The notes: generated from the sequence alone by a model not told the origin. 64,000 nucleotides of DNA from Candidatus Poribacteria bacterium (GCA_965116925.1 OZ220744.1:1728001-1792000), one strand, 5' to 3'; positions 49,402 through 59,545 are shown, counted from the stretch's first letter. Program-made: numbers and translations.

Positions 49402-50127
49402 ATGAATACGCCGGACCAATCCGAGTCCCAAGATGATCTAAATGCAGTTTTTGAAAAAATCCAAGAAATAGCAGCAAAATCATCTGATGGTGATTATATC
49501 TACCGTGGCGAACCTAAACGCTACCGAAAAGTTTCCTCAAGCCTTTGGCGTGAATGTAGTAAAACATTGGGTACTGATCAATTTGATATAAATGCTATCC
49601 AAGATCAAATGCTGAAAATAGTTAAAAGCTATACCCGATATACCCCTGAAACAGAAGACTTTGAAATTTTAACTGAACTCCAACACTACGGCGGGCAAAC
49701 CAACTTGATAGACTTTACGACCGATTCTCTGATAGCCCTCTTTTTCGCCTGTGACGGCTCTCATAAGATCCGAGGCAGAGTTATCTTGTTTCAAAAAACT
49801 GAAGAAAAAACCAAAGCATATAGAATAGAGGAACCTCGGAATCCTCAAACCCGTGTCATGGCACAAAAAAGTATATTCGTTCAACCACCCAAAGGCTTTA
49901 TTGAACCGGAAGAATATAAAACAATAACCATCACAAAAAGCCTCAAACAACCGATGTTAGACTATCTGCGAAAGCACCACGGCATATCGACCAGAACTAT
50001 CTACAACGACCTCCATGGATTTATAAGAAACCAGAGCATCCATCAGGAGACATACATGGCAATTTATAAGGGGGCGACGCAGCCACGCGAGGACGACTCA
50101 GGTTTTGATCGGATGGGCTCTTATTAA
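49402..50127 (+). CDS. FRG-domain protein
   Basis: YIYRGE, LQHYGGQTNLIDFT..ALFFAC, RVMAQKSIF. Confidence 0.9.
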   Translation: MNTPDQSESQDDLNAVFEKIQEIAAKSSDGDYIYRGEPKRYRKVSSSLWRECSKTLGTDQFDINAIQDQMLKIVKSYTRYTPETEDFEILTELQHYGGQTNLIDFTTDSLIALFFACDGSHKIRGRVILFQKTEEKTKAYRIEEPRNPQTRVMAQKSIFVQPPKGFIEPEEYKTITITKSLKQPMLDYLRKHHGISTRTIYNDLHGFIRNQSIHQETYMAIYKGATQPREDDSGFDRMGSY

Positions 50128-50145
50128 CACAACGGAGGATCAAAA

Positions 50146-51015
50146 ATGGAAACACAACCAACACAGACACGCTATGATGAGGCAATCAAGCACTATACCC
50201 ACGCAATTGAACTAAAACCCGATTTTGCAATAGCCTATAATAATCGCGGTATTACTTACCGTGATAAAGGTGAGATTAAACGTGCCATTGACGATTTTAA
50301 CAAAGCGATTGAACTACAGGCTGATTATGCGGAAGCTTATAACAATCGTGGGCTTACTTACCGCAATAAAGGGGATTACGATAGGGCTATTGATGACTTC
50401 AACACAGCGATAAAATTGAACCCCCAGCTTGCGGAAGCTTATAACAATCGTGGGCTTGCTTACCGCAGCAAAGGCGAGTTGGATCGCGCTATCCAAGACT
50501 ATAACAGAGCCATAGAGCTAAAACCCGATTTTGTCGAGCCTTATAACAATCGTGGGGTAGCTTACGGTAGTAAAGGTGATTATGACCGTGCCGTTGCAGA
50601 CTTAAACACGGCGATAGACTTGAACCCACAGTTTGCCGTGACCTATAGTAATCGCGGTCTAGCTTACGTCCAAAAAGGGGATTATGACCGGGCTATTGCA
50701 GACTTAAACACGGCGATACAACTCTATGCCGGTGATGCCGGTGATCCTGCTGTTCGTTACAATTGTGGTATGACATCGCTGCATTCAGAAGAATGGATAC
50801 ACGCTGCCAAGGATCCTTTTGTTCATTACAATCGTGGTATAGCATGGTTATACCTGAAAGAATGGAAAAAAGCCCGATTAGACCTGACGTATGCCAGAGA
50901 CATGGGAGTAGCTATCATTGTTGCGTTCCATGATGATCACGGAAGTGTTGAGGTCTTTGAGAAGGAATATGAGATTACACTGCCGGACGACATCGCCGAT
51001 ATGCTGACATCCTAA
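50146..51015 (+). CDS. Tetratricopeptide repeat protein
   Basis: About 6 34-aa repeats AYNNRG..AI.D.N.AI.L.P; same reading frame as the FRG ORF. Confidence 0.93.
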   Translation: METQPTQTRYDEAIKHYTHAIELKPDFAIAYNNRGITYRDKGEIKRAIDDFNKAIELQADYAEAYNNRGLTYRNKGDYDRAIDDFNTAIKLNPQLAEAYNNRGLAYRSKGELDRAIQDYNRAIELKPDFVEPYNNRGVAYGSKGDYDRAVADLNTAIDLNPQFAVTYSNRGLAYVQKGDYDRAIADLNTAIQLYAGDAGDPAVRYNCGMTSLHSEEWIHAAKDPFVHYNRGIAWLYLKEWKKARLDLTYARDMGVAIIVAFHDDHGSVEVFEKEYEITLPDDIADMLTS

Positions 51016-51163
51016 GGGATTTTCCTAAGCCCCTGCAAAATGAGGGGAAAGGATGATTGTTTCAGTTCAAGTGTTGTCACCTTACAGATGCCTCCTCTAC
51101 TGGCTGAACTGTTGAGCGACAAAGACCAAATCGAGGATGTTGACGATGCCATAGCTACTAACA

Positions 51164-51198
51164 GAAAACAGGGCAACCCTTGTGGTTGCCCTGTTTTC
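51164..51198. terminator. 15-bp perfect hairpin (terminator or REP)
   Basis: GAAAACAGGGCAACC-CTTGT-GGTTGCCCTGTTTTC; core related to the hairpin near 34735. Confidence 0.6.
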
Positions 51199-51249
51199 AT
51201 AGTTTCACCTCATATTCCTTCCTGCGTGTCCAAACCCTCCCAAAAAAAC

Positions 51250-51278
51250 TTGCAACGAAAAATCGGATCAGGTATAAT
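51250..51278 (+). promoter_or_regulatory. Sigma70 promoter
   Basis: TTGCAA-17bp-TATAAT. Confidence 0.7.
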
Positions 51279-51345
51279 CAGACGCTAAGGACACAAGCAG
51301 CATAAGATCCTTAAATCGGCGAATACCTGAAGGGAAGTCGTCTGC

Positions 51346-51789
51346 ATGTATTCATACCAAAATAACAAACTTGGATTGCGAATAGCGATCTGCTGTATTG
51401 CGATCCTAATAGTAACCGCATCTTCCGCACGAGCCGTTGATCGGTCGCGTGTGTTGACGATAGGGTTGTTTACCTCTGGGGTCGCCTTAAAATTTGGAAG
51501 CATCTTTGTCGCCAGTTCGGCGCAGGACACATACGATAAATATCTATCCACCGGAATCCAGAGCGACCTAGCAAAGCATCGGGACGATTACGAGGCTCAA
51601 CGCAGCCTGAGTATTGGGATGTCCCGCACAGGAATCGGATTCGTTGGGCTTGCAGTGTTAATCTCGGTCTTTGACCAATTGGATGTTATCTCAGAATCAT
51701 CTGCTGCCCGTGTAGCCCAGTTAAGCCTCAAGCCGAGTTATAATCCAATAACAGGCGACGCTGCCCTCACCCTTCGACGGAAATTTTGA
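51346..51789 (+). CDS. Hypothetical exported/membrane protein (DUF5683-like)
   Basis: Signal peptide, two hydrophobic helices around YDKY, terminal LTLRRKF. Confidence 0.7.
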   Translation: MYSYQNNKLGLRIAICCIAILIVTASSARAVDRSRVLTIGLFTSGVALKFGSIFVASSAQDTYDKYLSTGIQSDLAKHRDDYEAQRSLSIGMSRTGIGFVGLAVLISVFDQLDVISESSAARVAQLSLKPSYNPITGDAALTLRRKF

Positions 51790-51793
51790 AGCC

Positions 51794-52921
51794 ATGATAT
51801 TATCTCCATTTCGATCGCTAACCTTTTTTATTCTCTCTATCGCAGTGGGATTCTGTGTGGGTTGTACGGGTAATGAAGATTACGCCAATCCGCTCGATCC
51901 TCAAAACCTACGTACCGCCGGATCGCCAGTCGGTTTAGAGCTCCTACCCGGTGATCAGCAGGTAACTGTTTCGTGGGCAGATAACGGTCACGAAGGGATT
52001 ATCGGGTATCGAATTTATCGGCGATTCACAGGTGATGCGGATTTGATTTTTGAGTTTGTTGGTGAGGTACTTGGGGAAAACGGCGAGCGTCCAGCGACAG
52101 AGTTTGTTGATACACAGAACCTAAAAAATGACCAATTTAATGATGTCAGTGGGGAGCGTCACCGTTATATCTATCGGATTTCATATATCGATGCAAACGG
52201 GGTCGAAATCCCCGATCCCAATGCACCTCCGACCGATAGCGAAGATCCACGCCGAATGTGGCAAACAGCCAGTGCAACGCCGAGCGTTGCCCCACCTATC
52301 CCAAATGTCATTGTTGGCGATGAATTGGACGATTTGACCGTTAAACTGTTCTGGCAGGACTATCAGGCACCCAACGATTTTGAGCGATTCCGCGTAATTG
52401 TGTCTCAACAAAGTTTGAACGGTGAATTCTTGCCGTTTCGCCTCCGTGCAGAGCTGCCGAAAGAGCAGCCATACTTTTTTGATATGGAATTTAATCGCGA
52501 CAACACCACCAAAATTTACCGTATCATTGCCGTTGACCGGTTTGGCGTCGAAGGGGTAAAAGTGATTCAAGCAACTTCGCCTAACTTGCCACCGTCACCG
52601 CCGCAAGGTGTTCGAGCGGCTTTTGGTCTTCTAGGTGCTAGGTATAATGTCCGAATCTCTTGGTCAAAGAGCAAGGAACCGGACGTCGCCGGCTATGTAA
52701 TCTACGCTACGAAAGCAGCTGCCGGCAATCTTGTTGTCGGGGACGATTTGATTCCGCGACGGAGAACGGATGCGAAAGATACGAGCGTCACGCTCACCGG
52801 CGAAGAGTTTATTCTGGACGGTCAAGACCTTGTTCCCCGGCGATACTTTGTCACAGCGTTTGATGATACACCTCAAGAGAACGGCACTCGCGACGAAAGT
52901 GAGATGGTTGAGGCACGGTAA
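51794..52921 (+). CDS. Lipoprotein with fibronectin type III-like domains
   Basis: Lipobox VGC, NPLDP, VTVSW..GYRIYRR, ISWSK..DVAGYVIY. Confidence 0.8.
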   Translation: MILSPFRSLTFFILSIAVGFCVGCTGNEDYANPLDPQNLRTAGSPVGLELLPGDQQVTVSWADNGHEGIIGYRIYRRFTGDADLIFEFVGEVLGENGERPATEFVDTQNLKNDQFNDVSGERHRYIYRISYIDANGVEIPDPNAPPTDSEDPRRMWQTASATPSVAPPIPNVIVGDELDDLTVKLFWQDYQAPNDFERFRVIVSQQSLNGEFLPFRLRAELPKEQPYFFDMEFNRDNTTKIYRIIAVDRFGVEGVKVIQATSPNLPPSPPQGVRAAFGLLGARYNVRISWSKSKEPDVAGYVIYATKAAAGNLVVGDDLIPRRRTDAKDTSVTLTGEEFILDGQDLVPRRYFVTAFDDTPQENGTRDESEMVEAR

Positions 52922-52965
52922 TAAACCGAGTCGTTCCAACACACAAACTACTTGTAAGGACAAAT

Positions 52966-53961
52966 ATGCACTTATTTCAGATACCGCAGCAGCGATTTCT
53001 GTTAATTCTCTCCGTTTTTTTTGTAACGACGGGAACATCTCTCGTTGCACAAAGCCCACCGGTGACGCAGCTCGGTGTGATGCAAACTGCTGATACCTTG
53101 GGTAAAGGGGGCTACACAACCGCTGTGGGGATGTTTCAAGTTGCCAGAAAAAAATTGGACGACACGCCCAAGCAGCCGCAGCGTGTGGTTATCGGTAATT
53201 TTGAGGGGTTACATAATGTCGAATTTGATGTTAATACCTTCTTAATCCCTGCTCAATTGACCTACGGCATTGGTGAGCGATTGGATCTCCTCCTAGGGGC
53301 GACCTTCTCAACCGGTGGTGCCCACAAAATTGTTCCCGATTTTTATCGGATTGGTGACACCTACGACGTTGAGGAATCAATTGACTCAACACGAGATCGA
53401 CGGGTCTACGAGCAGTCCATTTTTGACCTTGTGGTCGGGTTGAAACACAATATTAAACCGGACCGACAGGACGGTTTGCCCGGTATATCGATCGGCGGCG
53501 ATGTACAGGTTGGGTTTACTGCGGATGATCAGCTGAATTCCGACAAGGAATTCGTCGATGCTTCACCTGCGGATGGTTTTCCGTTTGTGGGTGTTAATAC
53601 CTATCTGGTAGGGACCCAGCGGTTTGGTCAGTTCATGCGGGTACACGCAGGTGTCGGCAGCTATCTCTCTTCCAAATCGCTCAAATCAACAGATTCGTTT
53701 CAGCTGCTCTGGCAGCTTGGGGCTGAAGTTGCGTTCTCGGATAACTTTTGGCTTGTGACCGATTTTTCACGAAGACGTGCCTTCAGTGGTATTACCCTCA
53801 ACGACCTGATTAGTATCGGATTTCGATACAGACTTTCTGACACCGCCGCTTTCAATATCGGTTACGTAACTGAACCGGGCTTTCAGTTCTATCTGACGAT
53901 TGGCGGTGGAGCAGAAGGCGGTGCTGCGCCAGAGGAAGGTGAAGCTGATCTGCTGTTTTAA
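52966..53961 (+). CDS. Putative outer-membrane beta-barrel protein
   Basis: Signal peptide, QTADTLGKG, amphipathic strands. Confidence 0.65.
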   Translation: MHLFQIPQQRFLLILSVFFVTTGTSLVAQSPPVTQLGVMQTADTLGKGGYTTAVGMFQVARKKLDDTPKQPQRVVIGNFEGLHNVEFDVNTFLIPAQLTYGIGERLDLLLGATFSTGGAHKIVPDFYRIGDTYDVEESIDSTRDRRVYEQSIFDLVVGLKHNIKPDRQDGLPGISIGGDVQVGFTADDQLNSDKEFVDASPADGFPFVGVNTYLVGTQRFGQFMRVHAGVGSYLSSKSLKSTDSFQLLWQLGAEVAFSDNFWLVTDFSRRRAFSGITLNDLISIGFRYRLSDTAAFNIGYVTEPGFQFYLTIGGGAEGGAAPEEGEADLLF

Positions 53962-54032
53962 TCAAGATGAGGCAAGCTGCTAGAGCATATTAGCATTTTG
54001 ATGTTGCAATTAATGATTCAAGGGAGAGGACA

Positions 54033-55130
54033 GTGCCAATGTTATTCAAATTTTGGTTTCGTCGGTTGCGCCGTGTAAGCCGTAACCGTCACATTCAGCG
54101 CCTTACCGTGGCGGGACTGATCGTTCTGGGGTGCATTATTCTCAATTCCGCATGTTTTTACTTCTTTGAAAAGGCTGTGAAGGCAGATCTGACGGTTTGG
54201 GATTCCTTCTGGCTCAGTTTCACGACCATAACAACAGTCGGTTATGGAGACTATTCCGCATCGACGGTTGGGGGAAGGCTAGCAACGATGGTTCTACTAT
54301 ACGGGGTTGGATTAGCTACATTCCCCTACGTGATTACTCAAATTGTGGACACAACTGTGGAGAGAAATAACGATCGCCGTCGTGGGTTGATTGATTGCCG
54401 GGACCTTGTTGAAAATCATATCATCATCGTCAATTATCCCTCCGAATTGAGGGTAGCTTCAATCATAGAACAACTTTCCGCGGATGTAGTGACAGCACAT
54501 CGGCCTATCGTTGTCTTGGCGGATAACGTAGATGAGTTACACTTCAGCCGTTCCGATGTTTATTTTGTGCGCGGTGCACCATTACAAGAAGAATCGTGGA
54601 AACGTGCGAACATTGAAATGGCGTACTCGGTCCTTATCCTTGCACCGCAAACCGAGGAACACGTGGCAGATGCGATTACCGCATCAACGATTTCACTCAT
54701 TGAAACACTCCATCCGCATATCCGGACAATTGCTGAATGTACTAGTATTCAACACTTAGCGATTTTCCGATCTTTCCGATGTGATGCAGTGATACCGACG
54801 AATAATATTGCCGCGAAGGTATTGGCACAAGAGGTGCGTGACCGCGGACTCGCTCTTGCAGTCCGGGAGTTGTTGACCGAAGCAGAGGGCAGTGAGCTAT
54901 ATAGCGAAACTGTTGCTATTGATGGGATAGACTTCGGTGAGCTGCAATCCCTACTTCTGAAATTGAAAGCCGAAGTTATTCTGATTGGCATCCTCAGAGA
55001 CAGCCAGCATCTGATTAATCCGCCACTAGATCTCCAGATCCAAAGGACAGACCGGCTTATCCTTATCGGCAATCGTCGTAGCGATTGGGAGCGGATTCAT
55101 GAGCAGTTGTTAAGTGTCAAGGGGACATAA
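54033..55130 (+). CDS. Potassium channel (2TM pore plus RCK domain)
   Basis: TTITTVGYGD selectivity filter; HIIIVN RCK domain. Confidence 0.93.
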   Translation: MPMLFKFWFRRLRRVSRNRHIQRLTVAGLIVLGCIILNSACFYFFEKAVKADLTVWDSFWLSFTTITTVGYGDYSASTVGGRLATMVLLYGVGLATFPYVITQIVDTTVERNNDRRRGLIDCRDLVENHIIIVNYPSELRVASIIEQLSADVVTAHRPIVVLADNVDELHFSRSDVYFVRGAPLQEESWKRANIEMAYSVLILAPQTEEHVADAITASTISLIETLHPHIRTIAECTSIQHLAIFRSFRCDAVIPTNNIAAKVLAQEVRDRGLALAVRELLTEAEGSELYSETVAIDGIDFGELQSLLLKLKAEVILIGILRDSQHLINPPLDLQIQRTDRLILIGNRRSDWERIHEQLLSVKGT

Positions 55131-55174
55131 TAAAACAATCGTAACTCATGTTAAAAAAAGGACGAAATGCCCAG

Positions 55175-55208
55175 AGAAACCGAGTTTTGCCGAAAAAACT
55201 CGGTTTCT
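55175..55208. terminator. Palindromic repeat between convergent genes
   Basis: AGAAACCGAGTTTT-N6-AAAACTCGGTTTCT. Confidence 0.7.
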
Positions 55209-55239
55209 TTGTATGATTGCTTAACATGAGCCAAAACCG

Positions 55240-55716
55240 CTACGATCCTGGCCTAAAGAGCGTTACCAGACAACCGCCGATTGCTGCTAACACGATGCCG
55301 AGAACAAACGGCCACCGTACAGCGCTCCAACCTCCCGCAGGTGGATGCAGTGCTGTTGCCACCACTGCGTTGACAATCGGTGCGCCGGCGAAAACGATGG
55401 ACATCACCACCGGCGGGGTGCCCTTTGCCCCAAATGCCAAGAGGACACCGAACGCTCCTATCGCGCCCACGAGCCCTGCAAGCGTTGACCAGACCAACCC
55501 CTTCGTCGGAAAGCTCCATTGAGCACCGTTGACCGCCAACATAATTGCCGAGCCGATGACCGCTGTCAGCAGGTAGGCGATCCCGACAAAAAGAAACGCT
55601 TTGTAACGTCCATGCACCGGATCACTCATAGATATCTGTCCCGTATGCAGAAATACACCGTAAAGTCCCCACGCTGTAACAGTCATAAATGCAAATATTA
55701 ACCAAGTCATACGCAT
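55240..55716 (-). CDS. Small EamA/DMT-like membrane protein, paralog 3
   Basis: About 5 TM; WGLYGVFLH, GRYKAFLF, VMSIVFAGAPIVNA, RPG terminus. Confidence 0.85.
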   Translation of the reverse strand: MRMTWLIFAFMTVTAWGLYGVFLHTGQISMSDPVHGRYKAFLFVGIAYLLTAVIGSAIMLAVNGAQWSFPTKGLVWSTLAGLVGAIGAFGVLLAFGAKGTPPVVMSIVFAGAPIVNAVVATALHPPAGGWSAVRWPFVLGIVLAAIGGCLVTLFRPGS

Positions 55717-55769
55717 CAAAATCCTCCTGTATTTTTACCTCAATGAGCGATTAAGTTGGGAAAGTTTTG

Positions 55770-56264
55770 TTACATCCCCGGTCGATAGATTGTCACCATA
55801 CAACTACCAGCTATTGCTAATTGAATGCCGACAATAAACTGCCACCGCAAGCCGCCCGGTTGCGGTGTATCTATCACCATAGCGACAACTGCATTGATAA
55901 TCGGCACACCGGCGAAAAAGATAGACATAACTACAACTGGCGTCCCTTGTGCTCCGAATGCCAAGAGGAGCCCAACCGCCCCCATTGCACTAACAACTCC
56001 CGCCAAAGTTGCGAAAACTATTCCTTTCGCTGGGAAACGCCATTGGGCACCGCGGACCACCAACATGCTTATCGAGACAATGACCGCTATCAATAGATAG
56101 GTAATCCCGGCGAAAAGAAGCACTTTGTGTCGTCCGTTGGTTGGATCTGCCATTGCTATCCGGCTCGCGTGAAGAATGACACCGTAGAGTCCAAGTGCCA
56201 TAACCTTTATCAGTGAAAATAGTAACCAAGGTCTACGAAATATCAACAAACGTCTACGCTGCAT
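55770..56264 (-). CDS. Small EamA/DMT-like membrane protein, paralog 2
   Basis: LGLYGVILH, GRHKVLLF, VMSIFFAGVPIINA, RPG terminus. Confidence 0.82.
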   Translation of the reverse strand: MQRRRLLIFRRPWLLFSLIKVMALGLYGVILHASRIAMADPTNGRHKVLLFAGITYLLIAVIVSISMLVVRGAQWRFPAKGIVFATLAGVVSAMGAVGLLLAFGAQGTPVVVMSIFFAGVPIINAVVAMVIDTPQPGGLRWQFIVGIQLAIAGSCMVTIYRPGM

Positions 56265-56275
56265 CTACAACCCTC

Positions 56276-56740
56276 CTACGTACCCGGACGATAAACTGTC
56301 ACCATATAACCGCCAATCGTTGCTGCCGCGATTCCAAAGATAAACTCCCACCGTAAACTGCCTGGAGCCGGTGGAAATAAAGCCAAAGCGATAACTGCAT
56401 TCACAACTGGGGCACCGGCGGAACCGATGGACATTACAACAACCGGCGCGCCTCGCGCGGCAAATGCCAAGAGGTTGCTCAACATCACCACAACAATAGC
56501 AATCCCCACCAGAGATGCTAAACCGAGCCCTTTTGTCGGAAAATTCCATTCAGCACTGTTGGCTACTAACATAGATCCCGAACCAACAATCGCCACTAGT
56601 GAATAGCCAATCCCGGCAAAAAGTAGTGCTTTGTATCGTCCATTATCTGGATCCTCCATAGCTTTTTGCCCTGCATGAGTAAAGACACCCAAGAATCCTA
56701 CCGAGGTCATTGCTATGAGTGTAAATATTAACCAAGCCAT
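56276..56740 (-). CDS. Small EamA/DMT-like membrane protein, paralog 1
   Basis: GFLGVFTH, GRYKALLF, VMSIGSAGAPVVNA, RPG terminus. Confidence 0.82.
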   Translation of the reverse strand: MAWLIFTLIAMTSVGFLGVFTHAGQKAMEDPDNGRYKALLFAGIGYSLVAIVGSGSMLVANSAEWNFPTKGLGLASLVGIAIVVVMLSNLLAFAARGAPVVVMSIGSAGAPVVNAVIALALFPPAPGSLRWEFIFGIAAATIGGYMVTVYRPGT

Positions 56741-56759
56741 ACGTGTCTAAGTCCTCCTA

Positions 56760-58049
56760 TCAACTGGTATATTTTCGATAAACTGCCAGAGTTGCCTCTG
56801 CCATCACATCATCGCTAAACCCGCGGTGTATTGCTTCCTTGCCCTGCTGTCCTAGTTGTTCCCGGTAGCCTCGATCGTTCATGAGTTGGGATATTCCTTC
56901 CGCAATAGCGTCGGGCGATTCTGCGTCCACTAGTATGCCCCCATCTGTCGCTGCTATCAATTCGGGGAAGGTCCCGTGTCGTGGTTGAACGACCGGGACA
57001 CCATTGGCAAGTGCCTCTAAAATGAAAAGCCCCTTTGATTCTTTGTATGTCGTCGGCACGGATAGGACGTGGAGGCTGTTGAGAAAGTCAATTTTTTGGT
57101 GTCGATCGACTTCGCCCCAATAATCAAAGGCATCTGATAACTCCCACGCATCAATCTGTTTAACCAATTTCTCAAGATACGGCTCGTCTTTTTTGCCGAG
57201 GTAACCGGCGACCTTGAGTCGGACTTTGTCTGATCCAACTCTATTTGTCAAGCGGTAGAACGCATCAACCAACAGATGAAGCCCTTTCTCAGGACAGATA
57301 CGAGCTAAATAGCCGATGACAAAGGGCATTTCGGCGAGGTTTTTTTTACCGACTCCGTGCTCACTCAGATTCAAACCGAGATGCACAACATCAATTTTGT
57401 TCGCTGGGATATCTAGATAATCAGCCATAAAGTCCGCATAGTATTGGCAGGGCGCGATGTACCCATCTACCTCCGAAGCACGTGCTTGCAGCAATTTCAG
57501 AGCTTGCGATTTATACGGCTCGATGAGGCCTTCGAGAAAGATGTCCTCTCCCTGAAGAGCGCAGAGGATCGGAACGCCTAACGCCCTTTTCATCTCCCTC
57601 GCGAATCCCACGAACATGGAGTTGGTAAGTTGAACCAGATCGGGCTGATAGGACTCTTTCAGCCATTTGACCAATTTCGCCAGTTCCTTTTTCTGTTGTC
57701 CTTCCTCTCCCCTAAGCACTGAGACGGTAAGCGCGCCTAGATCTTGTGCACTGGTGGACGCACTCAAACGGGATAATCTGTTCAGCAGCGAGGGACTATC
57801 GAATAACCGATCAAGCATCCAAGGGGTATGACGGAATAGCCCCAACTTCTGTTGGAGATATACATTGATTCCGCCGTAAAAAACGCGATCGATGCTGACA
57901 TCAGTTTCATCAGTGCGGATGGGCGTGTAGGTTGGGATCAAAGCAACCTCGTGCCCTTTCCTCTGCAACGCTGAGGCTAGCGTATTATCATGGATACAGG
58001 TGCCGCAATACATACCCGCGGCACCCGCGGCGATATAGGCAATTTTCAT
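56760..58049 (-). CDS. Glycosyltransferase family 4 with N-terminal CxxC
   Basis: GMYCGTCIHD, GYLARICPEKG, ESKGLFILEALANGVPVV. Confidence 0.92.
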   Translation of the reverse strand: MKIAYIAAGAAGMYCGTCIHDNTLASALQRKGHEVALIPTYTPIRTDETDVSIDRVFYGGINVYLQQKLGLFRHTPWMLDRLFDSPSLLNRLSRLSASTSAQDLGALTVSVLRGEEGQQKKELAKLVKWLKESYQPDLVQLTNSMFVGFAREMKRALGVPILCALQGEDIFLEGLIEPYKSQALKLLQARASEVDGYIAPCQYYADFMADYLDIPANKIDVVHLGLNLSEHGVGKKNLAEMPFVIGYLARICPEKGLHLLVDAFYRLTNRVGSDKVRLKVAGYLGKKDEPYLEKLVKQIDAWELSDAFDYWGEVDRHQKIDFLNSLHVLSVPTTYKESKGLFILEALANGVPVVQPRHGTFPELIAATDGGILVDAESPDAIAEGISQLMNDRGYREQLGQQGKEAIHRGFSDDVMAEATLAVYRKYTS

Positions 58050-58054
58050 GATGG

Positions 58055-58102
58055 GTCAAACGTGAAACGTGATGCGTAAAACGCAAATGAACTCATAAAC
58101 TT
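58055..58102 (+). repeat. 7-mer plus 8-mer tandem cassette
   Basis: GTCAAAC GTGAAAC GTGATGC GTAAAAC ... ATGAACTC ATAAACTT, like 2487-2538. Confidence 0.75.
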
Positions 58103-58193
58103 ATTTCAGGTCCTGCTCGCTCTGGACTGCCAAATTCAGCGGACGACAGGGGGGCAACTTGCGTTAAGTCGGTAGATGATATTGGAGCCAATC

Positions 58194-59162
58194 CTAAGGA
58201 ATCAGCAGAACCTTACCCGTTGTCTGCCTGCCTTCTAACGCACGGTGTGCATCAGCGGCATCTTGAAGTGGGAATGTCCGGTCAATGTGCAGCTTCAATG
58301 TGCCAGCAGCGATCCATTCAAAGAGATCTCCCGTCCGTTCCATTAGTTCTTCCCGATCGGCCGCGTAGTGTGTCAACATCGGGCGCGTCACGAACAATGA
58401 ACCACTCGACAGACGGCTCAGGTCCAATGGCGACGCAGTTCCACTCGACTGACCGAACAGCACCAGATAACCGCGGGGGCGGAGACTGTTGAGACTTTTA
58501 TCAAAAGTAGTCCTAGCGACCGAATCGTAGACCACATCAACTCCCTGCCCATCGGTTAGGCGTTTAACTTCGGCTTCAAAGTCGGTCTGTGTGTAGAGGA
58601 TGACTTCATCGGCACCAGCCTCCGTGGCGAGTTGTGCTTTCTCCGGTGTGGAGACTGTGCCCAATACACGCGCTCCCAACATTTTAGCCATCTGAATGAG
58701 TAGAAGCCCGACCCCACCGGCGGCTGCATGAACCAGTGCGGTGTCACCCGTACTGAGTGGATAGGTGCTGCGGGTCAGATAGTGCGCTGCCATACCTTGC
58801 AGTATTGCCGCCGCTGCCGACTGTGTGTCAATCGAATCGGGTAAAGGGACAAGTGCCTCAGATGGCACGGTTGCGACCTCGGTGTAGGAACCTTGGTGCG
58901 TCGCAAAAGCGACACGATCCCCCACATTGACCTCAGTGACGCCGGGACCGACTGCTTCGACCACACCGGCGCCTTCCCTCCCCGGCGTGAAGGGCATATT
59001 GGTACTCGGATAGAGTCCTGTACGGTGGTAAACGTCGATATAGTTTAGTCCCGCTGCTTCGATACGCACCCGCGCTTCACCCGCACCGGGCTCGCTCGTA
59101 GAAACCTCTTCGTAACGGAGTGCTTCTGGTCCACCGTATTCGTGAATACGAATAGCGTGCAT
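58194..59162 (-). CDS. qor: NADPH:quinone oxidoreductase (zeta-crystallin family)
   Basis: GLNYIDVYHRTG, HAAAGGVG, FGQSSG, GSLFVTRP, TTGKVLL. Confidence 0.93.
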   Translation of the reverse strand: MHAIRIHEYGGPEALRYEEVSTSEPGAGEARVRIEAAGLNYIDVYHRTGLYPSTNMPFTPGREGAGVVEAVGPGVTEVNVGDRVAFATHQGSYTEVATVPSEALVPLPDSIDTQSAAAAILQGMAAHYLTRSTYPLSTGDTALVHAAAGGVGLLLIQMAKMLGARVLGTVSTPEKAQLATEAGADEVILYTQTDFEAEVKRLTDGQGVDVVYDSVARTTFDKSLNSLRPRGYLVLFGQSSGTASPLDLSRLSSGSLFVTRPMLTHYAADREELMERTGDLFEWIAAGTLKLHIDRTFPLQDAADAHRALEGRQTTGKVLLIP

Positions 59163-59342
59163 TTTTCTATCTCCTATTTTTGTAGGGGGATTATCCCACG
59201 ATTGCTAAAAAATCTGAAGTCCAACTGTCTAGGGACTTACGCACGTTAGTAGGGAACAGAGATCATTGTTTCCTGCAGGTTCCTTGATGGAACCTTTGTT
59301 ATAATTGCCCGATTCATCTAACCAATGAACTAACATAACACA

Positions 59343-59545
59343 TAGGGTCATTTAATTCTCCCATATTATTGTCTGAATCACGGATAGACGCGGATTAACC
59401 GATTACAGGGATAAAAGATGCTATCGACAGTTGGCATACGAACGCGCAATGAATTGCGCTACTACAAACGGTGAGGAAACCAGATGCCTCGCCTACGGGT
59501 TTGAGTCAGCCCGAACGGTCAAAAAGCGAAAACTAAATGCCCCTG
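59343..59545. mobile_element. MITE with ISAs1-like (T/C)AGGG ends
   Basis: TAGGGTCATTTAATT / AAACTAAATGCCCCTG; 10-bp TSD ACATAACACA at 59333-59342 and 59546-59555. Confidence 0.82.

Noticed and set aside
51012..51288. Short ORFs 51012-51200 and 51040-51288
   Set aside because: No clear RBS or motif; they overlap a hairpin and a promoter
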